A stretch of DNA of 37,046 nucleotides from Nemertoderma westbladi (taxonomy: Eukaryota > Animalia > Xenacoelomorpha): the NCBI GenBank assembly GCA_032718475.1, contig JAUCBJ010004660.1, positions 1 through 37,046 on the forward strand. The letters run 5' to 3'. How positions within the stretch are numbered: the stretch's first letter is position 1; every line of letters begins with the position of its first letter. Positions 23,661 to 35,426 of this stretch are shown here, in pieces. Position numbers and translations under genes: made by a program. The notes beneath the pieces were generated by a model. That model did not search any database and was not told where the DNA came from. It worked only from the letters and a program-made list of their open reading frames with translations.

Positions 23661-26150
23661 TTATTTACTAGTACTAGGTGGAGATTTGTAGTCTCCAGAC
23701 TCGTTACGAGTCTCTTCAAGAAGTACGAGACGTTGAGTCGGTCTGTCTACTGTACGACCGTCAATTGTCCGTACCATCACAGTTCTTGTCACTCCATCCA
23801 TAGATGGATGTGTGGCTAAAATTACACCTGTTATCCAGAAGTGTCTTTTTAGATTCACTTCCGCTAACAGCACGTGATCTCCCGGCTTTAATGCGCGGGT
23901 GTTATTGTACCAAGTTGTTCTGGCAGAAATAGAGGGCAAATAATGGTTTTGCCATATTTCCCAGAATTTGTTAGCTAGTAGTTGCGTGATTTTCCACGCT
24001 TTTCTACCGTAGCTGTCGCCTTCTATTGGAATAGAAATAGGCATTAATGTAGTCGGTGCCTGCATAAGCAGGTGTGCCGGTGTTAAAGCAAACTGGGATT
24101 GTTTGTCATCGGGTACTAATACTATTGGTCTAGTATTTAGTATTGCCTCGATTTCAACAAACAGTGTTGTCAGTTGGTCGTCTGTCAATATGTGGTTTAC
24201 TGGAATGACCTTTGCCATGGCTGTTTTTATAGATCTGATCTATCTCTCCCAGACTCCGCCTCTCCAAGGACTATCTGGAGGATTAAACTTCCAAACAATC
24301 TTGTGAGGTTGTAGTTCGTTCGAGATTTGATCATGATCTAATTTCTTAAGGGCTCTAGCAATCTCATTTCGAGCACCAACAAAGTTTGTCCCTTGGTCAG
24401 AATACAAGCATTTCACTAGTCCGCGTCTAGCGATAAATCGCCGCAATGCTAGTATAAACGCGTTGGTGGAAAGATCCATCACACGTTCGATGTGAACTGC
24501 CCTACTGGACATACATGTGAAAATCAGTCCCCAGCGTTTTACTAGTATACGTCCACGTTTCGTATGTATGGGACCAAAGCAATCAATTCCAGTCTCTGTA
24601 AAAGGTGGTCTGAATGCTTGAAGTCGTGCTTGTGGTAGTTCACTCATTTCTTGGGTACCTATTCTAGAATGTACCTTTTTACAAATAATACACGTACGTG
24701 TCACTGAACTTAACGCTTTACTGGGTCTAATTAATACAAATCTTGTACGTAAGTAGGAAAGACAGTGGTGTCTTCCAGCGTGTTTCAGATGTAAATGTGC
24801 GTCCAGTATCATTGCACGTTGTAGTTCGTGATGTTGCGGTATTATTATTGGGTATCTAAAGTTTGTGTTAAAGTCGATGTTTTGAAGCCGAGATTTATGA
24901 CAAATTAAGCCATTATAAATAATCGGACTCCAACTCAGTATTGGTGACGACTTGATTGGTTGACCTTGATTTATAGATGTGAATTCGCGTGCGAAATATC
25001 GCAGTTGGTAATGGCGAATTAATTTAATTTCACACCTGTCAATCTCAGCCAATGTAAGTCGACGTGTAAAGTCACGTTTGCCTTTAACGTATTGTACAAA
25101 ACGTACAATCCACGCTAATTTTCGGCAAGCGTTCGTCCAAGAATCTGTTAGGTTTACAATACGGTCGACGTAAGTATTTGTGACGTCATCAGGTAAGTCA
25201 ATGGAGATTTTGGAAGGTTTTGATTTACTAGAAGGGCCCACGGGTCCGCCGGTAAGTATTCCCTTGTTGACTGTTGATCCGTCCGGGTCTACAAGTAATT
25301 TGTCCTTCTTCGTCTTCTTACCTTGATTGTCGGTACTTTGTAAGTCGATCGTTAATGGTGGTTTGAACTCTATGGGGTCAGCAGGTTTCGGTAAACTTAT
25401 TTTTCTGCCGACATTAATCCCAGGTCTCACCGTAGGTTGCAAGTTTGGTATGTCTCTTGAGCGCAGAGTAACACCTGTATTTACATTAGCGTAGGTACTA
25501 CCCACATCTGTAATACATGAGGTTTCACCGTGCTTGTGGTTGCTCAAGTGTGTCAAAATTGGTAGTTTGTCAATACAAGGCCGCTCCAATAGGGAAACTG
25601 CGGCTTTACTGTTAGTCGATACATTACTAATGTCCGGTAGAACATTTTGTGATGTTTCTGACAAAATGTCTAGTCGACTGTCTAGTAATGTGTCTGGCGA
25701 TACGTCTGGTAACGTATCTGGTTGTTTGTCAACAGAAGGCCGCTCCAATAGAGAAACTGCGGCTTTACTATTTGTCAATGTGTTACTAGTGTCTGGTAGA
25801 ACATTTTGTGATATGTCTGGCAAAATGTCTGGTTGGCTGTCTAGTAACGTGTCTGGTTGACCGTCTGGCGATATGTCTGGTGTAGAAAGGCTCGCAAGTC
25901 TTCCTCTCTTGACCTTTGAAGTTATATCTTTCCATTTCGCCTTCGGTTTTTTCTTGAGTTTCGCCGCCATCGTCCTTTTCTTTGCCTTCCCCTTTTTTGG
26001 TTTCTTGATTTCGGCGTCCTTAGGGATGGTGTTAGATTTGTTGTCGTATAACGGTGGCCAATCTTGCGTCGATTTCTGCAAGAATTGGGGTCCGTGTTGC
26101 CAAAATTCTTTGTTCTCCGGTTTACAGAATTCCTCAGGCATCATTCCTCG
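23661..26150 (-). pseudogene. BEL pol C-terminal part: long linker, integrase (HHCC, DDE core) and C-terminal domain
   Basis: FWQHGPQFL, H..LKH..C..C, GIDCFGP, SDQGTNF and GGVWER* (in-frame TAG at 24240-42), followed by ILNTRPI, LTPAHLL and RPTQRL. Confidence 0.93.
25555..25882 (-). repeat. Two ~159-bp (53-aa) tandem units built from 12-bp PDxx subrepeats in the RNaseH-IN linker
   Basis: PDTLLDS..DIL..SQNVLPD.SN..TNSKAAVSLLERP..DK occurs twice. Confidence 0.9.
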
Positions 26151-26768
26151 CTACGCAATATCAGCTGGGTTTTGTGGTCCGGGACAATGTCTCCAATCTT
26201 CCTTTATTGAACGGTCTAGAATTTCCGCGCGACGGTTAGCTACGAATGTCTTGAATTCAAGTGTGTCGTTGTTTATGTAAAATAAAACCAACGTCGCGTC
26301 AGTCCAATAAAATATCTGTAAACTTGACTGTAGTTCTGTCTGTATAAGGTTCACGATGGTGGTTGACAGGGTTGCGGCTTGTAGCTCAGCTCGTGGTGTC
26401 GTCATATACTTAGTAGGCATGGTCTTAGCCTTGGAAGTAATGAGCGAAACATCGAATTCGTCTGAGTCTACTTGTCTGCGCAAGTACGCTGCTACACCAA
26501 AACCGTTGTCACTGGCGTCAGAAAAACAGTGTAATTCCAAGTTGTCAGGAAACGTTGTTTGTAATGGAAAGTAGACTCTGGTTATGGAATAATCCTCTAG
26601 CGAAGATAATTCCGCCTCCCAGGTCTTCCATAAGTCCACTTGGTCTGATGAGATCGGCTCATCCCATGTTAGTCCATCCTTCCAAATACTGCGCATATAA
26701 ATGCGGGCTTGCAGTATTACTGGACTGATGAATCCTAACGGATCGAACAATCGGCTCAATTTTGACAA
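26151..26768 (-). pseudogene. BEL RNase H (Pao 'peptidase A17'-type) region
   Basis: LFDPLGF, WDEPI, LHCFSDAS, PRAELQAA, WTDA, FVANR and NPADIA*RG. Flanked by in-frame stops at 26769-71 and 26151-53. Confidence 0.93.
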
Positions 26769-29700
26769 TCATGATCTCTTTGTCAGTGTGTTTTCTTGAC
26801 TGTCCAGTCTCACTTTCACTCGAAAGTTGTCCGTGTTTGGGTCCCAAAAGAGCCCCAACACCTTGGTCATCGGTAGTGGTTCGAACTCTAGGTCTATGTC
26901 ACCACCTCCACGCTCAGTCGTTCCGAATGAGTCTACTAATTCGGCACTGTTTGAGGCGAATTTGGTGAGGTTAAAACCTCCGCCCGCTAAGCAGTCCCGT
27001 AATTGATGTGCTACTGTGGTAGCACGTTCTACTGTGTCGCAACTCTGTAATCCGTCGTCAACGTAAAAGTCACGCTCCACAATCCTAATTATCTCTGGGT
27101 CATACAGGTGTTTCTGATCCCTAGCGGCTTGTTTTAGGGCGTACATCGTGCAGTTTGGGCTGTCCCTGGCACCGAAAACACGAACTTGCATTTGGTAAGT
27201 CGCCGGTGGTAGACTTAAGTCTCCTTCCGGATACCAGAGGAACCTCAAACTGTCTCTGTCTCGCTCTAACGCTCTCACTTGGTGAAACATCGCTTCAACG
27301 TCGCAAGTAAAAGCTACTTGACGCTGACGGAAGCGCATAATCACCCCCATAAGATAATTATTCATGTTTGGTCCATCCATCAACTCACTATTGAGGGACA
27401 TTCCCTCAAACAGAGCCGCACAGTCATTGACTACGCGTACTTTATCCGGTTTGTCGGGGTGTCTCACATAGTGATGTGGCAGGTAGTATGTCTGGTTAGT
27501 CACTATCTCTGGGTTAGTCATTCGGATAGCGTATCCCTTAGTCAAATACGTCTCCATCTGAGTGTTGTACTGCAGATGGGCTTTCTCGTCCTTTAATAGA
27601 CGTTGCCGTATTGAGTGTAGACGTCTTAAGGCTAGTGGGTAGTTATTTATAAGTTTAGCACTTTGGCTACGCCATAACATCCCTACCTCATAATGTCCGT
27701 CTTTTGTCTGGCGGATAGTATCTTCCATGATCTTCAAAGATTGTTTCTCCTGTTCCGACATACATGGGTCGTAGCTACCAGGTTCAGCTGTATCTTGTTC
27801 TAACCACCTGATAGTCTTCTCCGTTAATTCTTTGTCCAATGCGGCTTGTTCCATTTGATGATTTCTCAACGCGTCATCATCGATATCGACGGGCATTGTT
27901 GAGGTTGTTGGGGTAGGTAGACTCGCAAGACTATCATCTGTCGTCGATGGAATCTCTAGCTGACTCGTCTTCTCCCCAAGTTCTAAACTCACCTGGTAGG
28001 TTAGCTGCTCCTTGTGACTTATCATACTAGTTACACGTCTGTTATGTTTTGTCGACTGTAGTGTAGTATGGTCCACGTCGTGTGAAAAGGAATGAATTGA
28101 ATTTGTAGTTAATAAACTACATGTACTTCGTACATCGTCTTCCTCGTCACTTATGTCCAGTGTGCGCACAGGCGCTCGAGTATACCACCCTATCGGCGTT
28201 CTACAGGCGTATGCGTTTCCCGCTACGACTGCCGATGGTCTGGTTTCCCACACCTGATGTAGGTTGAATTGGTCCGTCCCGATCAGCATTGCTACCGATC
28301 TATAATTGACAGGACATTCAGGTACACCGAGGTGTCTGAAATACTTACGGTCCTCCAAGGATTGTTCTGGGACCGGACCTAGTAGGTTACTAAAGTCTTT
28401 TGTGGCCGCAAAGGTCAAATCCTTGAAAGGTAACAAATACCTCTCCCTCTCGCTGTGCTGCGATTTTGGAAGAAGAGAGTCTAAGTTTAACTTAACTCGT
28501 GTCACTGGTATTGCACGCTGTCCGTGCATACTACTTACGGTATAACTGATGCGCTTACCTTGTTTGAGATCCGTCACTACGTCAGCTATCTTTTCATCCA
28601 CGTAGCTGTGAGATGAGGCTGAATCTAGGATAGCGTAGATTCTCTTGCTTCCCTTTGTGCCAGTAATCTTAATCGGAATTACACTGAATCCCTTCAGTTG
28701 GTCAGTAGTCAGAAGCGCGATCGATGGCTGTTCATCTCCATCCGAATATACGTCGTCGTCTTCTGACTCTTCGTCCGACGATCCGGATTGTTCTGGGAAG
28801 CAATCCTCAATATGGGTCACGAAGGTTGGAGTCGTTTTCGATTCTCGATTTCTGTAGGCCGCATCACATCTCGCTGCTGCTTCCGGGTGTTCCCTGGCGA
28901 AGCGTTTTGTCGGCGTGTGGCTGTCTGTATGGAGCAGACCGTCGTGGTTGCGTCCACAGGATGGACAAGTGTCGGTATTTGGGCAATCCTTGCGAACGTG
29001 TCCGTGTCGCGTACACCGCCAACAAGAGTCCAGTGGCCGTATCTGCAGCCGTCGTTCTTCCGAGTTTAACTCGCGAAACTGTCTACAACCTCTCAACTTG
29101 TGACCGCTATACCGCTTGCCTAAATGCTCGCAGTATTGGCAGCCGCTGAAGTCGGTACTGAGTTGCTGTCTCGTCTGTTTTGTCCCAATGGGCGCAGATA
29201 CCCTACTTCCGTCCGAGAATTGTCGGGTTTCCGTCGATGTGGCGTAAGTGGCCGTCTTAGTGGATGTTGTCTGGGGTTTTTGTCGGTTGGAGGATGGCAA
29301 TGTGATTCCTTCTGCCACGATGTGCTGGTCAGTGTAGTTGGATCGAGTTTCTACTACTGCCTCCCTGGATATTAAAAGGTACACATCCTCCAGTTTTAAG
29401 AATCCACCCCGCTCTTCTCGCTGGTATTCGATCTTTCTCCACTCCCGACGAAGTCGATGGTGGAGTCGTCCTATGATCTTTAATAGGACTGTAGGGGTAT
29501 TCCCGTAGTCAAGTTGTCCAATGGATCTTAAAGTAGTGATAGCATTCTTTATCTCGTCAGCCAGTTTTAATAAGTCGACGGGTTTAGTAATAGCCCCTCC
29601 CTTACAGAGTTCCTCTATTACTGACCTGGCCATACTGACTGTACCTCCATATATCGAAGTTAAACGATCGTACGCTAGTTCGAAGGCGTCCGGTACACCA

Positions 29701-29870
29701 ATGAAGGTCTCTGCCAAACGTTTAGGTTCTCCTGACAACGTTTGAAGCAGGTAATTAAACTTCTCCCGTGATGTAAAGGCGCACACGGCGATCTGAGATT
29801 CGATATAGTCTACGAATGTGTGCCAGTGTTTTGAACTACCGGAAAACTTCGGTGGTTGTTGTACCGCAAT
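26769..29870 (-). pseudogene. BEL gag capsid, three CCHC fingers, aspartic protease and reverse transcriptase
   Basis: PPKFSG, EKFNYL, CWRC..GH...C, CPSC..H..LLH, AILDSASSHSYV, YYLPHH, DVEAMFHQV, VFGARDSP and FYVDD. Confidence 0.95.
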
Positions 29871-30369
29871 CCCTGTCTGGCTGCGAATTTCGCTATCTCC
29901 TCGGCAACGTTCAGAGTTTCGCGTCCTTGGTTGGTAATCTGGTTGATATCCCTTCTTGGCGCTTTTCCCTGATACGAAGTATGTTTTGAAGGTACCGGTC
30001 TTTGTGGTTCCTTCGGGTGTCTATTGTGTTCGAATTCAGTGTTCCTCGAACTATCGGTTTGAACTTCCTCCAGACGCTCCTCGATCTGAGCCAACTTATT
30101 AACAACTGGTCGCATGATGTCGGCGAACTGTTGTGTACTGATTGCGTCCGTTGGTTGTAACGCCTTCTGTGTTGGTGTATTCTGTGGAGGATTGTCTACA
30201 AAGGAGTTGTCTGAACGCTCGCGTTTATATTCATCGGCCGCCCCTGTTCTAAACACCTCGCGTTTCGGGTAATCCGATTCGCTCGAAGTACTACTATCAT
30301 CTGGATATGGTGGTCGACGTGCTCGCGTCCGTTGCGTCGTACGAATTCTAACGTTTCGTTTCCGAACAT

Positions 30370-30605
30370 CGTCCACTGTTCTCCGTTGTTCGGTAGGCTC
30401 GCAGGTCTTCCTCGAAGTCGTAGATTGCGATGTAAACTGATTAAACGGTCGCGTATCTACTGGTCTCCGTTGTTCGGTAGGCTCACAAGTCTTCCTCGAA
30501 GTCGTAGATTGCGATGCAAACTGGTTGAACGGTCGCGTATCCACTGGTCTCCGTTGTTCGGTAGGCTCACAAGTCTTCCTCGAAGTCGTAGATTGCGATG
30601 CAAAC
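30370..30605 (-). repeat. 84-bp (28-aa) tandem repeat, ~2.8 copies, in gag
   Basis: FASQSTTSRKTCEPTEQRRPVDTRPFNQ is repeated. Confidence 0.95.
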
Positions 30606-31284
30606 TGGACCGGTGGTCGGACGACAGCGTTTGAATCCAAAGGCCTTGTTGGCCTAAACGTCATTGGGTAAGCGTAGTGTGTAACAGGTTTTGGCGTCAA
30701 AGGTGGACTCACCTGTTTTGTCGTCAGTAGTGCAGGTCCGACTAATAAACTACTACGATCTGTAATCGGCGGGTTACTTACCTTGACTTTTGGAATAGGC
30801 GATGACGTTGCTCTTGACGGTGTAAACTTGTCCGGAATAACAAACCTGTGTTCCGTCGCACCATGGATAGGAGAAATATTACTACTACCAGCAATCGAAA
30901 CAGGTTCCTTTGTCGTAACCGGTGCAAACATAGGAGTTACTTTAGGAAATCTTTGACATAAGTCTTTAACTAATTGTCGTTCTCGTCCAGGTGCTCCTAT
31001 CGAACCTTCCTTCATTCGTTCCTGGATTTGGCGGTGTCTTACCTCTAACCGGTCTAAATCGTGTCCGTCATGAGATCTCATCGATCGATCGCGGGCTTGT
31101 AGATCCAGATCTTCCTTCGCGTTGGCTAATTCTCTCGCCTTCTTCCCGAGTTCGAAATGAAGTTTAACTTCCTTCTCGCGTTGTTCCGTCTGTTGTTGTT
31201 GCGCCTCGAACTCCGCTTGTCGTATAGCTGATTGAGCCTTTATTTGCCGTTTTTTCATCTCGGCTCTCGCTTCTGATACTAACC

Positions 31285-31392
31285 TCTGTCGCTCTAGCTC
31301 GGCCGTTGCTGCTGCCGCCGCCGCTTGTCGCTCTAACTCGGCCGCTGCCGCTGCCGCTTGTCGCTCTAACTCGGCCGCTGCTGCTGCCGCCG
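31285..31392 (-). repeat. ~33-bp tandem repeat (AAAAAELERQ x3)
   Basis: GTCGCTCTA(A/G)CTCGGCCG occurs three times. Confidence 0.9.
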
Positions 31393-31560
31393 TTTGTTGT
31401 GCAATGTCCAACTCTAACCTTTCCATCTCGGCTGCTTCCAACTCGGCTTGTTCTTGCAGATGAGAGATTCTTGCAACATTCGCAACGCGTAGTTTCTCTT
31501 CTTGTGCTGCTGCTTGTGCCATTAACAGTTGAGTTTGTTCCTCCATTTCCTGTTGTTGTC

Positions 31561-32783
31561 TGTAGCGCTTGTGTCCTTTTGGGCTCCTCCCCGAGGCGCA
31601 CCCACGAGGCGGACACCTTTCCACCACCCCTGGGGCCAGTCCGACAGATGTTATTATCAGACCGGGCCGGAGGGTGGCCTGATGCTTCCCGGGTTCTGTT
31701 TTCGGTCCCCCGATCACACCAGCACAGCTCGTCGAACGTGTAGCCAGATGGGCGGCTACTGTCAACTTACTGTGGCCTGACTGTACATTGAGCCAACTCA
31801 AAGTATAACAAAGAGTCAACCGGCAGGTGGACCAGTCGATAGCGATCGAGCACCAAGGTCGCCCTTGGGCCTAACCGACGGTCTTGTCCCATGTGGGCTT
31901 GCGCTACCCAACATGGAATATTGACACGTTTTCACCTGCCTCGCCGGCAATATTGAGGGGAAGTAAGTTCCACAAAGAATATTGACTAGCTCGAAAGCTA
32001 GGAACAAGTAACCACTTACCCGTCCTGTACACGTGTACTCAACAGATGTTCACGAAATCAAGTACACTACGGTAAACACAAAATCTGACACATACCATGC
32101 ACACACAGAGGACATAATCGGGTAAAGACAAAATCGGGGTCAAAATCGTGAAAGACAAAATCAAAGGGGACAAAATTGTATCGACCGGCGGAAAATCGAG
32201 AGTACCTTATTTTGCCGTCAGGGCAAAATAACTTTGTGTGCACAAAGTATGCTGGGGCGCAGTAAAGTATGGTCCTACTAATACCAGCGGCGTCTTGTCC
32301 AACTGGCAAGGGTTCCCATACCCACTCGCAGTGGCCACACATACAATCACGTGTACTCACGTACCCACAGCAACAGAAAACTCAAGACCCGACGGTTTAT
32401 TCCAATGCCACCAAAGACCAATCAGCTGAACATGGAGACAATAACATATAGTATCAAAAAAACGGAACAGCTGACGGTCAATGGAACCATCCAAGCCCCA
32501 AGCAAACTGCCACTGATCGCCCACATACAAAACATAGTCCACGCCACATGAGCCACAAATCACGCCATGCCACCACCCCTACTGTGTACAGGACTGGCAG
32601 TACGGCAACAGGCCGACTAGACGGTACCACGGCACCATGGCAATTCATGGTTCGTTAGACATGAGGGCCTTAAGTATCTCCCTTGCACTTACTCGACAAT
32701 TTAACGTGTCCCCAGACCCTCACGAGTCCGCCGCCGCCTGTTGCAGCCACCCCTATAGAGACCTCACCTCTTTAGGTAGCTGC
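31561..32783. mobile_element. Non-coding ~1.22 kb insertion in gag (solo-LTR-like or intron-like)
   Basis: Flanked by the direct repeat TGTTGTC (31554-60 and 32784-90). Begins TGTAGC. Its removal restores the reading frame. Confidence 0.65.
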
Positions 32784-33692
32784 TGTTGTCGAGCGATTTC
32801 TGACGTGGCCATACTCACCTCACCAATTTCGCTGCGAATACTTACCAGTGATTGATTTAGTGTTCCCGGTGCCAGTTCGATTTGTGCGAGTGAAGTTTCC
32901 CTCGTAGCCTCCGGCACGGTTTCCCAATCTCCGATGTCCTCGCCGCACATGCGTAAGTGATCCGTCAGGTGTTTCAATTGTCCATCTAGTCGGTAGAGTT
33001 CCTGTTCTTCCTCGGGTTGCAATAATTCGTCCGAAACTGACTCACCTAACAACTGGTCTGCTTGTTCCTGTTGTATCCGCCTAATCGTCGACTTAAACTG
33101 AATCAGTTTCTCTCTAGCGATCATTAGTTTCTCGAGGATTCTAAGCTGAGTGTCCATATCCTGTCTCTGTCTAGCTAGATGTTGTAGACCAATTAGGTTA
33201 TCTACGGACTTATATACTTTACTCTGTACTCTAACCTGGAGGGTGTAGAACTCAAACCGAGACATCGGAGCGGTCAACTCGTCTAATATGCGTTGGCCTT
33301 CTCCAATACTCCTGGTAATATGCGCCATGTAACCGCCGACGCTTCTAACTACGCTCTCCTGGCTTCCTACTGAACTTACCATCTCCGTTTCCCTGTATCT
33401 AGGTTGCGGAACAGTTAGAAAGTCCTCGGTCCTGCCGTCGCCTCGTACTACGGCATCCGGTACTCCCGTTGGATGTACTGGTGACGCACACGGTGTAGGT
33501 TCGGTAGGCTCGCGAGTCTTCCCCTGTTGTTCTTCCGCTGCTGACTTATCTCCGTCGCATGAGTCATAGTCGGTAGGTGTATTTTTCGTATAGTCTTGTT
33601 TGTCACTCATTTCGGTAGTTGTAAGTCAAGTAAAGTGAGTGTCAAAGTATCAAACTTACCGTATTTATCTAAACGGTACTAATTACAGTCAT

Positions 33693-33816
33693 ATAAAATT
33701 AGCCTACCGGCCGATTTTATAGCAGATGGATAAAATTAGCCTAGACGGCCAATTTTACAGCAAATAAATGTCACGGAATAAGTATATAATAAAATTAGCC
33801 TAGCGGCCAATTTTAT
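33693..33816 (-). other. Three repeated stem-loops in the 5' leader
   Basis: TAAAATTAGCC-N4/5-GGCC(A/G)ATTTTA at 33693-720, 33731-757 and 33789-816. Confidence 0.85.
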
Positions 33817-34420
33817 AACAAATAAATCGGATAACGATATGCGTTATCAAAAGGTAAATTAAATACAATAATACGGACTAATTCAGCAATGAACAAAGAA
33901 ATCATACGGAATGCATAAATACTTGAGACAGTGGAACCCACAATAATTTTTAACTAATACGGTAATGCCTAACTTTATTTATGCAACTTCTCGAACTCAC
34001 CCACTCCAATAATTCTCCAGAAAAACAGATTCCCAGATACAAACCGGACGTGAACCTTTCCGTTTTTAACGTTGCGGACGAAACGCGATTTTCCCAACCA
34101 AAGTTGTTGAGTTATCTATCTCCCAAACTTGCTAAACACGGTCTTGCTCCCGTTACAGTCTAGAAATGAGTTCTGAATCCTGAAAAAACAAAAGAGTTAG
34201 GTTTTACTTTACGAAAATTTTTGTACCGGTACAATATGGTATTTAAACCCTTTTTAAACACCGGTATTCAATTCCAAAAATATTTTACACGCGGTTCAAA
34301 TCAAATTTTATTTCAAAAAATTTGCACTTAGCTAATCAAATATAAATTTTTACCTCAAAATACAAAATTTTCAAATAACTTTAGTCCTACCGAACCGTAG
34401 TTCAGTAAAACACATTCCTA

Positions 34421-35419
34421 CTATTAGAAGAGACAGTAACAATACCTGCAATATCCTACTGTAAAGTTTGTGAATCAAATCATAAATCCGACCTTCTCAC
34501 CAAAACAGTAAACTTCAAGTAAGCGAATATATTGCAGTATCGATCTCTTATAACCGGTGAGGCAGAAAACAGTCTACGAGCAGACAAACTTCGATAAAAC
34601 AAAATCCCGCGCAGCGAATCCTAAAATCAGGCTGACTCACTGACGGACTAAAAGGCTCGTATACTTTGCCGCGGTGTGATTTATATGGTTGGGCAAAAAG
34701 GGACGCTAGCTAGGTACAGAGGCAGAGATTTGGAGATGTCTAACTAGCGGGCAAAGCACAGTACGGACAAAAGTTAATTTTATATATTTTGAGGTGTAAA
34801 TAATTTCTAACGCGCGTGTGTTAGTTCTGAACGGTCAAAAACAGTTTTGCTCCTTCACATATATAATTACTGGGTACGGTGTGCATTTTACGAATATTCT
34901 AATTTTGTAACTTGTAGGTCCAATACTCACGAATGATAAGGTTCCTTCCCCTCTTGCGTATTTCCAGGACTCAAATTCAGGCATAAGGTTAATGCTACGC
35001 CCAGAATTCGGCAATTTTTAATTTACCAGGTCCCTGATACTAAGAAGAGATGTGTTAGTTTACTACTGTAGGCGTACAGTTACTAATGATACATTACACT
35101 GAGATAATAAAGTTACTAATGAACGAAATCGCACCTTTATATAGCAAATTTGTGCTGCAATCAATCGAGAAAATTCTCGATTGTTCTATAGGTTCTAACA
35201 GGTTTTTAAAGATAGCTATTGGTCCAGCTAATATATAACTTGCACGACATTGGTTACAATCAAATAACTACAGTCTCATTGGTACAGACAAATGCAATTA
35301 ATTTGTAGCGGTCAATTTAAATGAGTTGAAATTCTGCACAAAAAATAATTCGCACTTACTAAGATTCGAACTCAATACCTACTACACATATAATTTCCAA
35401 CGCTCTACCGACTGAGCTA
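34421..35419 (-). repeat. 5' LTR (999 bp; lacks a 766-bp internal segment)
   Basis: Direct repeat of 18660-19322 plus 20089-20420. Confidence 0.9.
35136..35282 (-). promoter_or_regulatory. LTR U3 Pol II promoter (5' LTR copy)
   Basis: Three CCAAT boxes, an HSE-like palindrome at 35162-35187, and TATATAAA at 35136-43. Confidence 0.7.
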
Positions 35420-35426
35420 GGGCTGG
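35340..35426 (-). promoter_or_regulatory. tRNA-derived Pol III A/B-box unit at the start of the 5' LTR
   Basis: TAGCTCAGTCGGTAGAGC with a perfect GCTC/GAGC D stem, TTGAG-TTCGAAT-CTTAG T arm, and T6. Confidence 0.65.

Larger units (their letters stand above)
29870..33610 (-). pseudogene. BEL gag N-terminal coiled-coil/low-complexity region, split by an insertion at 31561-32783
   Basis: ATG at 33610. The ORFs 32753-33610 and 29810-31819 rejoin in frame (EIARQQQEMEE) when the insertion is removed. There is a 1-bp frameshift near 29866. Confidence 0.8.
18660..35419 (-). mobile_element. BEL/Pao LTR retrotransposon, full-length but disabled, with an extra 3' ORF
   Basis: Long direct terminal repeats and gag(3 CCHC)-PR-RT-RNaseH-IN order with BEL-diagnostic motifs (YLPHH, FYVDD, FDPLG, HCFSDAS, NPAD, DCFGP, GGVWER). 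No TSD was identified. Confidence 0.95.

Noticed and set aside
29963-29969. G GGA AAA slippery heptamer as a programmed gag frameshift
   Set aside because: A single lost C near 29866 (TTG C[C]G GTA) restores the BEL-type LP..PPKFSG motif. BEL gag-pol is normally one ORF, so a mutation is the simpler explanation.
30370-30605. CRISPR-like or other repeat-spacer array
   Set aside because: Full-unit in-frame tandem repeats with no unique spacers, in a eukaryotic TE context.
34382-34397. TAGTCCTACCGAACCG as a tRNA-Tyr-like PBS
   Set aside because: Wrong strand for a minus-oriented element, and several mismatches.
35340-35426. Functional tRNA gene
   Set aside because: Acceptor and anticodon stems do not pair. 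Reported only as a tRNA-derived A/B-box unit.
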